In this document: positions 17,742 through 25,595 of the stretch, one piece after another | Layout: every line of letters begins with the position of its first letter | Position numbering within the stretch: the stretch's first letter is position 1 | Virus record (IMG/VR): IMGVR_UViG_3300037421_000080 | Coordinates: 106,086 to 136,935 of that record | Reading direction: 5' to 3' (one strand) | Source of the DNA: a virus | Lineage: Duplodnaviria; Heunggongvirae; Uroviricota; Caudoviricetes | DNA length: 30,850 bases | Notes under the pieces: model-generated | What the model was told of the DNA's origin: nothing | The model's input: the letters and a program-made list of their open reading frames with translations, nothing else | Databases searched by the model: none | Position numbers and translations under genes: made by a program

Positions 17742-19954
17742 AATTCCCCCCAGAAGCCATCGACCAAGACGAGCTTGCCAAGGATGTCTGCCGGGCATCC
17801 TTCCGGGATTTCGTCAAGATGTTCTGGCATGCCATTCCGGGAGCCGGGAAGCTGATCTGGGGATGGCACATAGACATCTTCTGCCAGGAATTGCAGATAG
17901 TTGCAGAGAGGGTGTTCGCTGGTATTCCCGCCGAGTACGATCTGGTTTGCAACGTTAGCCCAGGTACAAGCAAAAGTTCAGTATTCAGTATTCTGTTCCA
18001 GCCTTGGACATGGACGAGAATGCCTCATGCCCGCCACATCAACGCATCCCACACAGAGTCTCTCGTTCTTGATCTTGCCAATAAATCTCGTGCTGTAATC
18101 AATAGCGATCTGTACCAGACACTATTTCCTGAGATTGAACTCCGTTACGACCAGGACACTAAAGGGTACTTTGCCAATACATTGGGAGGCTGTCGCTACG
18201 CTTGTACAGTCGGGGGGAAGAGTCCTATGGGGATGCATGCCCATTTTTTGAATGGGGACGATCTCCTCGATCCGCAGAAGGTTTTGTCAGAAGTTGAGCG
18301 TCAAACGGCAAAGGAGTTTGTCGAGAATGGGTTACCTACTCGCATGACTGACAAACGGGTCTCGGTTATTTCAATCGTCTCTCAGAGATTGGGCAAGGGA
18401 GACCAGACGGATGTGATGATCGAGGTAGGAAATAGGGAAGGAGCAAGGCATGTCAGGCATCTGTGCATGCCCTGCGACGATTCCTGGCCCATCTATCCGA
18501 CAGACGAGGAGTTTACGATCTATCGGGAAGGCAACCGAATAGAGAAGAAAACTCTTCCCGAGATGTATGAGGAAGGAGAAGGATTGATGGATCCGATCCG
18601 CCTTCCTGCCGATGTGTTGAAGGCGTATCGAGCTAGAGGGGAATACTATTATGCTGGCCAGTTCGGTCAATCTCCACGCCTTCGGGGCGGTGGGATGTTC
18701 AAGGAAGGCTACTTTCTCAATAAAGTTCGGTCAGCTCCTTTCAATTCAGAACGAGTCAGATTTTGGGATAGAGCTGCAACTTCTGATGGGGGCTGCGCAA
18801 CGGCAGGGGTGCTAATCGGGAAGCACGACGATCGGTATTATGTTGAGGATGTAGTATGGGGTCAGTGGGAACCGAATGAACGGAACAATCAAATTGTAGC
18901 GACGGCCCATAGGGATCGTATTCGCTACGGAAGACACGAGCCTACTCATGTTATTGAAGCAGAGCGAGGATCGACTGGTCTAGAATCCTACCAGAGGATT
19001 GCCGGTCGTCTTGCTGGATTCAAAGTGAAGGAAGATATGCCTTCTGGCAGTAAGGATGTAAGAGCAGAGCCCTTTGCAGACCAGTGCGCTGCGGGAAATG
19101 TATTTATTGTGGATAATGGAGAACACGCCGGCCTAGGAAAAGCAACATGGGATGTGAATGCTTATATCCGGGAATTGGTTGATTTTCGCCCGCTTCCGGG
19201 GAAGAGGATTGGTGGCAGGTGCGATAGGGTTGATGCTAGCAGTGGCAGTTTCAACCTCCTCTCCGGCCGCAAGAAGGCAGGCTCCCTCTACATCCTCGGC
19301 ACTGGTGTCAAGAAGGGCATGCTCAAGATCGTGGTGGTCTCCAGGGAAGAGCTGACTGACCTGGTGATAACGGACCATTTCTGCCTGTTGGTTTTATTTG
19401 AGGATCCGCCTTATGAAAAGCAAGAACCGGCATTCGGTGACACATCTGGAAAGAAAACCAAGACAGCCCTCAAAGAAGAGAAAAACGGAGTTGCTGTGGG
19501 GGCCATCGCCAATGGTCAAAATCCACCGGATGCTACGGGAATGGGAGCTGATGGACGAGTTCCTCAGAAGTATGGTCTCTCAAAATTATTAGACACCCTC
19601 ACCCTGACCTTCGCTGACCTGGACCCCAAGGACTTGCAGGACGTGTGGCACGATCCTGTAGAGCCGTGGGGTAAGCTGCCCTCCGAATTGATTATGACCC
19701 TGGACCACGGTAAGAAGCTCTGGGGTTGCCTGACCAAGAAACGAATGCCGCCCGCTGAGATCTGGGTTCTGTGCGACGAGGGCGGGGAGGATGGGAGGGC
19801 ACTAAGTGCAGCGATGGCGATGTGTGAATTGTTAAGATTGCCAAGACAGCAGACGATCCACGTGGTTAGCTCTCCAGAGATGAGCCATGACGGGGAGCCG
19901 GGGAATCAGCACGTGTTCAATCAGGTCAAGGCATCCAGGGGGCTGGTGATGTGA
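17726..19954 (+). CDS. terL: Terminase large subunit with C-terminal extension
   Basis: NVSPGTSKS (Walker A), LNGDDLLDP (Walker B), IVSQRL, AGQFGQSP, RFWDRAA and DRVDA nuclease motifs. Confidence 0.9.
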   Translation: MPSLLEFPPEAIDQDELAKDVCRASFRDFVKMFWHAIPGAGKLIWGWHIDIFCQELQIVAERVFAGIPAEYDLVCNVSPGTSKSSVFSILFQPWTWTRMPHARHINASHTESLVLDLANKSRAVINSDLYQTLFPEIELRYDQDTKGYFANTLGGCRYACTVGGKSPMGMHAHFLNGDDLLDPQKVLSEVERQTAKEFVENGLPTRMTDKRVSVISIVSQRLGKGDQTDVMIEVGNREGARHVRHLCMPCDDSWPIYPTDEEFTIYREGNRIEKKTLPEMYEEGEGLMDPIRLPADVLKAYRARGEYYYAGQFGQSPRLRGGGMFKEGYFLNKVRSAPFNSERVRFWDRAATSDGGCATAGVLIGKHDDRYYVEDVVWGQWEPNERNNQIVATAHRDRIRYGRHEPTHVIEAERGSTGLESYQRIAGRLAGFKVKEDMPSGSKDVRAEPFADQCAAGNVFIVDNGEHAGLGKATWDVNAYIRELVDFRPLPGKRIGGRCDRVDASSGSFNLLSGRKKAGSLYILGTGVKKGMLKIVVVSREELTDLVITDHFCLLVLFEDPPYEKQEPAFGDTSGKKTKTALKEEKNGVAVGAIANGQNPPDATGMGADGRVPQKYGLSKLLDTLTLTFADLDPKDLQDVWHDPVEPWGKLPSELIMTLDHGKKLWGCLTKKRMPPAEIWVLCDEGGEDGRALSAAMAMCELLRLPRQQTIHVVSSPEMSHDGEPGNQHVFNQVKASRGLVM

Positions 19955-19993
19955 AGCGATAACATGATATAGATTCAACAAAGGAAAGCAACG

Positions 19994-20998
19994 ATGAAAA
20001 CGCACTCACTAGATGAGATCGAGAGGCTGCTGGACAAGGCCCTTATGCCCCAAGATCTCTTCGATGTGATCCCCCTCAACGAGCTTCTGTTCTCAACCCA
20101 TCCAGACCGGAACCCCGGTGACAGCAGGGCGGAGATCCTGTTCAAGAGGATTAGTGAGTTCGCCTTGGCCAAAGACAAGCCAGCCCCAACGATCAAGTCC
20201 CCCAAAAAGAGAACCTACTCCCTTGTCAAGATGATCGAGGCTGGAGATGTAGCGGATATCTACCGGGCCACAGCGGGATCGAAAGACTACATTGTGAAGA
20301 TCTCCCGCGTGCCCGATACCCATTCCATGCTGGAGAACGAGAGGAAGGCTCTCACTGCCCTAATAACCGACGCGGGCGACCTGACATACCACAAGTACCT
20401 GCCCGTGCTGGTAGAATCCTTCCCTGTCAAGCAGAGAAACATCCAGCAGCGAGTCAACGTGTTCACCTGGCAGGAGGGCTTCCACACTGCCGCCAAGATT
20501 CACCAGCAGCACGAGGCTCTGGGAGGCAGGCACCTGGCCTGGATCTTCAAGCGCCTGCTGACTGCTTTGGGCTTCGTACACAAGCGAGGCTGGGTTCATG
20601 GAGCGGTTCTACCGGAGCACTGCCTGATCCAGGTGGAGAATCATGGATTGCAGCTAGTTGGCTGGGGGCAGTCTGTTGAAGTGAACCACAGGATCCACCG
20701 GATCTCTAGTCGATACAAGGAATGGTATCCGTCGGAAGTTCTGGAGAAGAAGCTGGTAGGCTCCGAGACGGATATCTACATGGCTGCCAAGCTGATGATC
20801 TATTTGGCAGGAGGGGATCCTGTGAAGGAGATCTTCCCCGACATCACCCCAGAGCCGATCAAGCGATTCATCCGCTCCTGTCTGCTGCCCGGAAGGCTGA
20901 TGCGTCCTGGTGATGCCTGGCTGCTCTTTGAGGAGCTAGATAATTTACTGAAGGCGATCTATGGTCCACCCAGGTTCATCAAGTTGGTGATGGCCTAA
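19994..20998 (+). CDS. J-domain-like plus Ser/Thr kinase-fold protein (predicted pseudokinase)
   Basis: THPDRNPG; AGDVADIY, IVKIS, ENERKAL, VHGAVLPEHCLI, YPSEV and TDIY motifs. Confidence 0.82.
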   Translation: MKTHSLDEIERLLDKALMPQDLFDVIPLNELLFSTHPDRNPGDSRAEILFKRISEFALAKDKPAPTIKSPKKRTYSLVKMIEAGDVADIYRATAGSKDYIVKISRVPDTHSMLENERKALTALITDAGDLTYHKYLPVLVESFPVKQRNIQQRVNVFTWQEGFHTAAKIHQQHEALGGRHLAWIFKRLLTALGFVHKRGWVHGAVLPEHCLIQVENHGLQLVGWGQSVEVNHRIHRISSRYKEWYPSEVLEKKLVGSETDIYMAAKLMIYLAGGDPVKEIFPDITPEPIKRFIRSCLLPGRLMRPGDAWLLFEELDNLLKAIYGPPRFIKLVMA

Positions 20999-21021
20999 CT
21001 TTTTCCAAGGAGTTTGCACTT

Positions 21022-22026
21022 ATGGGAAGCACACGCTGGTCTGACGACCACTACGACGACCGAGTCAAGCTGAGAGCTGCCACAGGCGTAGCTGCTTTCG
21101 GCTATCATGACGATGTGAAGACGGGGAAGACAGCGAACAAGGTCCACGACAAGCTGGACGCCAAGCGCCTGAGCTCTCTCGGCGCCAAGCTACGGGATTC
21201 GCGGGATAGTGACGCCCACCCAGAGTCCCACGGCGTTGCGATTGTGTTCGACGTGACGGGTTCGATGGGTGAGGTTCCGAGGATTCTCCAGAAGAACCTG
21301 CCCAAGCTGATGGGGCTGCTGATGCGTAAGGGCTATCTGGAGCACCCCTCCATCATGATCTCCGCTGTGGGCGATGCGACCTGCGACCATATCCCGCTCC
21401 AGATCGGCAACTTCGAGGCAGGTATCGAGATCGAGAATGATCTCACCAACATCGTGCTGGAGGGCGGAGGAGGCGGTCACATCACCGAGAGCTATGAGCT
21501 GGCGATGTACTATCTCGCCAAGTACACGGCAATGGACAACTTCGAGAAGCGGAACAAGAAGGGCTATCTCTTCATCATTGGAGATGAGACGCCCTATCCT
21601 GAGGTGGATCGAAGGCAGGTAAAGGACCTGATTGGGGATGACCTCCAGGAAAACATTCCAACAGCGGACATTGTGGAGGAGCTGACTCGAACCTACGATG
21701 TCTACTATGTCCTGCCGCACATGACCAGCAATTACAAGGACCACCGGGTCACGGACTGCTGGAAGAAGTATTTTGGCCAGCGAATCCTGCATCTGGAGGA
21801 TCCGAATACGGTCTGTGAACTGATCGCCTCCGCCGTAGGAGTAGCCGAGGGCAAGGTGGATGTGGATGGAGTAGCCAAGGACTTGATCGACTTCGGTGTT
21901 TCCAAGTCCACTGCCTCTGCCGTTGGCAAGGCTCTGGTCCCTGTATCCGCTGGAGCATTGAAGGTGAAGGGAGCTGAAGTGGATGTTCCCTCCTCCGGAG
22001 CTGGGTCGGGTGTTGCGACGCTGTAG
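21022..22026 (+). CDS. von Willebrand factor A (vWA) domain protein
   Basis: IVFDVTGSMG MIDAS-like motif, AVGD, EGGGGG..ESYEL, LFIIGDE; AAGGAG RBS. Confidence 0.82.
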   Translation: MGSTRWSDDHYDDRVKLRAATGVAAFGYHDDVKTGKTANKVHDKLDAKRLSSLGAKLRDSRDSDAHPESHGVAIVFDVTGSMGEVPRILQKNLPKLMGLLMRKGYLEHPSIMISAVGDATCDHIPLQIGNFEAGIEIENDLTNIVLEGGGGGHITESYELAMYYLAKYTAMDNFEKRNKKGYLFIIGDETPYPEVDRRQVKDLIGDDLQENIPTADIVEELTRTYDVYYVLPHMTSNYKDHRVTDCWKKYFGQRILHLEDPNTVCELIASAVGVAEGKVDVDGVAKDLIDFGVSKSTASAVGKALVPVSAGALKVKGAEVDVPSSGAGSGVATL

Positions 22027-22033
22027 GTTGGTA

Positions 22034-22080
22034 GGGGCGGGGTCCTGGCTGGAGTTTGGAGTTGGCCAGGATCCCGCTCT
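22034..22080 (+). other. Intergenic RNA hairpin between the vWA and PurA-like genes
   Basis: About 19-bp stem with six G-U pairs on the plus strand and no U-tract. Confidence 0.6.
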
Positions 22081-22104
22081 CTCCATCAACAATGGGATTC
22101 AACA

Positions 22105-23358
22105 ATGAAGCAGGCAATTATCACGGTAGGGATGGGGTTTGGCGACGAGGGCAAGGGAGCCACAGTGGACTACCTCTGTCGGGAGTTCAATGCAGACCTT
22201 GTAGTCCGCTACTCCGGAGGCCCTCAGTGCGGCCATAATGTAGAGCTGCCCGACGGCCGGCGGCACACCTTCTCGCAGTTCGGTTCTGGAACCCTCGTAG
22301 GTGTTCCTACCTACTGCACCAAGGAAGTGATTATTGATCCTCTGGCTCTTCGGAGAGAATCCGATTCTCTGCATGAAGTCTTTGAGATCAGGGATCCTAT
22401 GGTCTACTGGTCCGCCCACCCGAAGTGCCTGGTGAGCACCGTCTTTCATCAAGAGGTTAATCGGATCAGGGAGAGAGCGAGATGTGAGAACAAGCACGGG
22501 AGCTGTGGGCGGGGAGTAGGCGAGACCAGATCCTACAGGCTGAAACACGGCAACGATGCTCCTGTGGTGGGCGATCTGAAGAATAATTTGGTAGTTCTGG
22601 AAGACAAACTTCAACTCCTCCGTGAGCGGAGCTTGCAGGACGTGCAGGAGCTAGACCTATCGGATGCCAGCGGGAAATTGTTTGATCTTTCTGTGAAGGA
22701 AGAGGCCAGGAGGCTCTATTCGATTGGTTATTTGAACAATGACCTACCTCATTGCAAGACTGCGATCTTCGAGGGGGCGCAGGGCATCCTCCTGGACGAG
22801 TGGCGAGGCTTCCATCCCTACACCACCTGGAGTACGGTGACTCCAGAGGCAGCTTTGGATCTAGCGGCGGAGTATGGGGCAGAAGTTCTGGTGCTGGGTG
22901 TTACAAGGGCTTACATGACTCGGCATGGGGCTGGCCCATTCCCTACGGAGTGGAAGATTTCTACTTTGGAGGATAAGGGAAACCCTTATAATGAGTGGCA
23001 AGGCGACCTAAGATGTGGCTGGCTAGACTTCGCCCTGTTGGAGTACGCTCTCTCCGTCTGCAAGATTGACGGGTGGGCGGTCAATTGCCTGGATGATTTG
23101 AGGGATGTGGTCCCTTATGTCAACATGAGATATGGTGGCTACCAGCTAAAGGCACCTGCCTTGCCGTCCCTGAAAGCACAGGAGCATATGACCAGGGAAC
23201 TGAAGCATGTAAAGACTGAGCTGTTTCCTACGACTGTATCCAACATCCTTGGGCAGCTGGAGGGAATGGCCCCTGTGCTGGTGAAGTCCAATGGACCGAC
23301 TCACAAGCACCGGACAATGAGCAAGCTTCCTCCATTCAGGAGGGTGAAAAGTGCTTGA
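22105..23358 (+). CDS. purA: Adenylosuccinate synthetase-fold enzyme (divergent PurA-like)
   Basis: GFGDEGKG, GGPQCGHNV, FEGAQGILLD, HPYTTWS, TRHGAGPFPTE, RCGWLD and NCLD motifs. Confidence 0.85.
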   Translation: MKQAIITVGMGFGDEGKGATVDYLCREFNADLVVRYSGGPQCGHNVELPDGRRHTFSQFGSGTLVGVPTYCTKEVIIDPLALRRESDSLHEVFEIRDPMVYWSAHPKCLVSTVFHQEVNRIRERARCENKHGSCGRGVGETRSYRLKHGNDAPVVGDLKNNLVVLEDKLQLLRERSLQDVQELDLSDASGKLFDLSVKEEARRLYSIGYLNNDLPHCKTAIFEGAQGILLDEWRGFHPYTTWSTVTPEAALDLAAEYGAEVLVLGVTRAYMTRHGAGPFPTEWKISTLEDKGNPYNEWQGDLRCGWLDFALLEYALSVCKIDGWAVNCLDDLRDVVPYVNMRYGGYQLKAPALPSLKAQEHMTRELKHVKTELFPTTVSNILGQLEGMAPVLVKSNGPTHKHRTMSKLPPFRRVKSA

Positions 23359-23440
23359 CAGAGTTCACAAAATTGTCTGGACGCTCAGCTGGCTGGCCTC
23401 TATCAGTTTGGTGGCTCTTATCGCGTTCCATAGGAGATGA
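23351..23440 (+). CDS. 29-aa hydrophobic peptide
   Basis: Read manually: AGGAGG-N7-GTG; MLDRVHKIVWTLSWLASISLVALIAFHRR. Confidence 0.5.
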   Translation: MLDRVHKIVWTLSWLASISLVALIAFHRR

Positions 23441-23444
23441 TTCT

Positions 23445-23534
23445 GTGATAACAATCGAGAAAGAAGCGCATTTCTGGGAAACGACGATCTATCTCTTGAT
23501 CGCGATCACCTTTGTACTTCTTCTTATCCAATGA
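23445..23534 (+). CDS. 29-aa hydrophobic peptide
   Basis: Read manually: AGGAGA-N7-GTG; MITIEKEAHFWETTIYLLIAITFVLLLIQ. Confidence 0.52.
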   Translation: MITIEKEAHFWETTIYLLIAITFVLLLIQ

Positions 23535-23544
23535 AAGGAACATC

Positions 23545-24138
23545 ATGGATCCCATCAAAACGATTGGTAAGCTGCTGAATGGCCCCGAAGAGCGGGACTG
23601 CATCCACATCGCGATCATGGCAGCGCAAGCTACAGAGGATTTGCGGCCTGGAGATGAGGTCGGCCTGGCCTATGGTACAACGAACCAGATCAGGTCGATG
23701 GATTCGGTGTACGACCTCCCCGCCATAGGCATCGTGGATCCCTTCTACGGCTTGAAGAAGATGGTCGGAGACAAGTGGGTGAAGCGCTGGCAGGTCGAGA
23801 AGGGCCAGTGGTGCTGGGTATTCCTCTTCCCCGGCAGTATCACGGGACTGCGCCACAACTGGACGCATCCAGCGATTGATAATGTTCAAGCCCCCAAGAA
23901 TGAATCAGAGGAGTGGCTGAGGCGGTTTGCAGACAAATGGAACTTTGACTACAGCGAGATGGTCTATGAGTCCCAGACCGAGGAGGGCTACGTCGTGGCA
24001 AGAGGCATCGACCTACACAGCCGTGACGAGCTGGCTCCGGGTGATGAGGATCTGTTCTGGAAGCACATGGAGGCGCTGACGGGCAAGAAGTTTGGCGAGG
24101 AGCATCGGCTGGAGTTTGGGTGGTCGTGTTCCTGCTGA
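23545..24138 (+). CDS. Conserved-looking hypothetical phage protein
   Basis: RDCIHIA, GIVDPF, LFPGSITGLRHNWTHP motifs and terminal CSC; AAAGGA RBS. Confidence 0.72.
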   Translation: MDPIKTIGKLLNGPEERDCIHIAIMAAQATEDLRPGDEVGLAYGTTNQIRSMDSVYDLPAIGIVDPFYGLKKMVGDKWVKRWQVEKGQWCWVFLFPGSITGLRHNWTHPAIDNVQAPKNESEEWLRRFADKWNFDYSEMVYESQTEEGYVVARGIDLHSRDELAPGDEDLFWKHMEALTGKKFGEEHRLEFGWSCSC

Positions 24139-24146
24139 GGCAGACG

Positions 24147-24344
24147 ATGGAAATCGAACAGGGCTGGATTGACTGGTCGAATGGGGATGAGGCGCTTATG
24201 TGGCAGGATGCTGATATGTGCCGTTGCGGCTATTGCCGTTGCGATCGTGATTGGTTGAACAGAAAGATAGCGGCCATTCAGAGAAACGCTTTCTTGGCTG
24301 GAGTTCGAGTTGGCCTTGAAGTAATGAAACCAGAAGGAGCTTAA
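24147..24344 (+). CDS. Small Cys-rich hypothetical protein
   Basis: CRCGYCRC motif. Confidence 0.5.
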   Translation: MEIEQGWIDWSNGDEALMWQDADMCRCGYCRCDRDWLNRKIAAIQRNAFLAGVRVGLEVMKPEGA

Positions 24345-24345
24345 G

Positions 24346-24597
24346 GTGTTCAACTGGCTCTGGAAGAATATGGGCTATCATGTCTGTGAGGAGTTCACCA
24401 GGTGGGAGGATCACATGGAGAACTTCACGAGAAACCCAAGCATCGCCGAACATGCCTGTGGGATCGAGAAGGTTCTTTTCACGGAGGCTTGGCAAGAGAG
24501 GCGCTGCACGATCTGTGGCAAGGTCGAGCAGAAGAAACTGGAATATGCGAGAGGTCCAGGAAGCACGATCAGAAAAAGCAAGAAGGAGCAACCATGA
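24346..24597 (+). CDS. Small Zn-ribbon-like protein
   Basis: HVC...ERRCTICG; AAGGAG RBS. Confidence 0.58.
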   Translation: MFNWLWKNMGYHVCEEFTRWEDHMENFTRNPSIAEHACGIEKVLFTEAWQERRCTICGKVEQKKLEYARGPGSTIRKSKKEQP

Positions 24598-24761
24598 AAA
24601 TCAGCCCCCTTGAACTGGCGGTCCTGAGCAGGCGCCGAGATGAGCTTGTCGGTAGGGACGTGGACGGAGGCCTGAACGCCGAGGGCAGATTGGAGCTAGA
24701 GCAGCTCCAAAAGAAGCTGGATGAGATCATGGAGGAGAAGCGAAAAGAGGTGCGAAAGTGA
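24594..24761 (+). CDS. Small coiled-coil protein
   Basis: AAGGAG RBS, ATGA overlap. Confidence 0.52.
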   Translation: MKISPLELAVLSRRRDELVGRDVDGGLNAEGRLELEQLQKKLDEIMEEKRKEVRK

Positions 24762-24816
24762 AGCATCTGCTTGCTATCTCGATTCTCTACATCCTTGATA
24801 AGCAGTTGAGAGAAGG

Positions 24817-25203
24817 ATGAAAGTCACCGACGCACAATTTGACGTGGTGGACCAGATAGGTCCGGACCGCTCTGGTAAGCTGTTGGCCTTCTGCAAGGTG
24901 GTTCTGGATGATGTCTTGGTGCTACGAGATGTGAAGGTGATCATGGGCAAGAACCTGGCTCCCTTCCTCGCTATGCCAGCCAGGCGAATCGAGCTGCATT
25001 GTAAGGAGTGCTGGAAGCGGAACCCGGTGCTGGCTCGCTTTTGTGCCTGGTGCGGCATCGAGCTGAATCCGACGACGGAGCGAGTGATCGCCAAGGCGGA
25101 CGTGGTTCATCCGATCTGCCAACACTTTCGGCAGGAGATGGAGAGGGATGTGATTGATCGTTACTACCATCACAAGGAGAAGAGCTGTGAATCAGGAAGT
25201 TGA
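24817..25203 (+). CDS. spoVG: SpoVG-family protein with inserted Zn ribbon
   Basis: MKVTD...LLAFCKVVLDDVLVLRDVKVI....FLAMPAR...DVVHPI...RQEM; CKEC/CAWC insert. Confidence 0.8.
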   Translation: MKVTDAQFDVVDQIGPDRSGKLLAFCKVVLDDVLVLRDVKVIMGKNLAPFLAMPARRIELHCKECWKRNPVLARFCAWCGIELNPTTERVIAKADVVHPICQHFRQEMERDVIDRYYHHKEKSCESGS

Positions 25204-25360
25204 TGTGGAAATCGAGTACAAGGAAATCGTGAAGATCGCCAATAACGCAGCCAAGTGCGCTGATGGTGAGTTCAAGGGTGTGGCGTTCGAGGCAGTGTTG
25301 TGCCATCTACTCCACATAAAGGAGCACGAGTGCTGCGAGAACGAGCGTGAGTTCGAGTAA
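25187..25360 (+). CDS. Small hypothetical protein
   Basis: AAGGAG RBS before GTG 25187. Confidence 0.5.
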   Translation: MNQEVDVEIEYKEIVKIANNAAKCADGEFKGVAFEAVLCHLLHIKEHECCENEREFE

Positions 25361-25382
25361 AACTTGCATGGAGGATATTTCT

Positions 25383-25595
25383 ATGACAGACGACGAACTA
25401 GACTTCGCATTTAATCTCGGGTGCCAGTCCAGGTTGGAAGGTAAGTCCATCGCATCGAATCCCTATCTCGATAGGCTGGCTCGGAGTGCCTTCGATCATG
25501 GATGGGTTGACGTTGACCTAAACTGGAGTCGCCAGGTCAGGGGCCGCTGGCCAGTCCAGAAGCTGCCCTGTATCACTTATGGAGAAACAGCATGA
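25383..25595 (+). CDS. Small protein, possibly Rmf-like fold
   Basis: FAFNLG..SRLEG....NPY......FDHGW pattern; GGAGG RBS. Confidence 0.5.
   Translation: MTDDELDFAFNLGCQSRLEGKSIASNPYLDRLARSAFDHGWVDVDLNWSRQVRGRWPVQKLPCITYGETA

Noticed and set aside
21190-22092. Long antisense ORFs (also 11632..12405, 13264..14097, 10447..11085)
   Set aside because: They lie opposite motif-bearing genes, lack recognisable motifs and are expected in GC3-rich coding DNA
22105-23358. PurZ (2-aminoadenine, Z-genome) interpretation of the PurA homologue
   Set aside because: PurZ enzymes have Ser at the PurA Asp13 position, but this protein keeps Asp (GDEGKG). No dATPase, MazG-like or polymerase partner is seen in the window.
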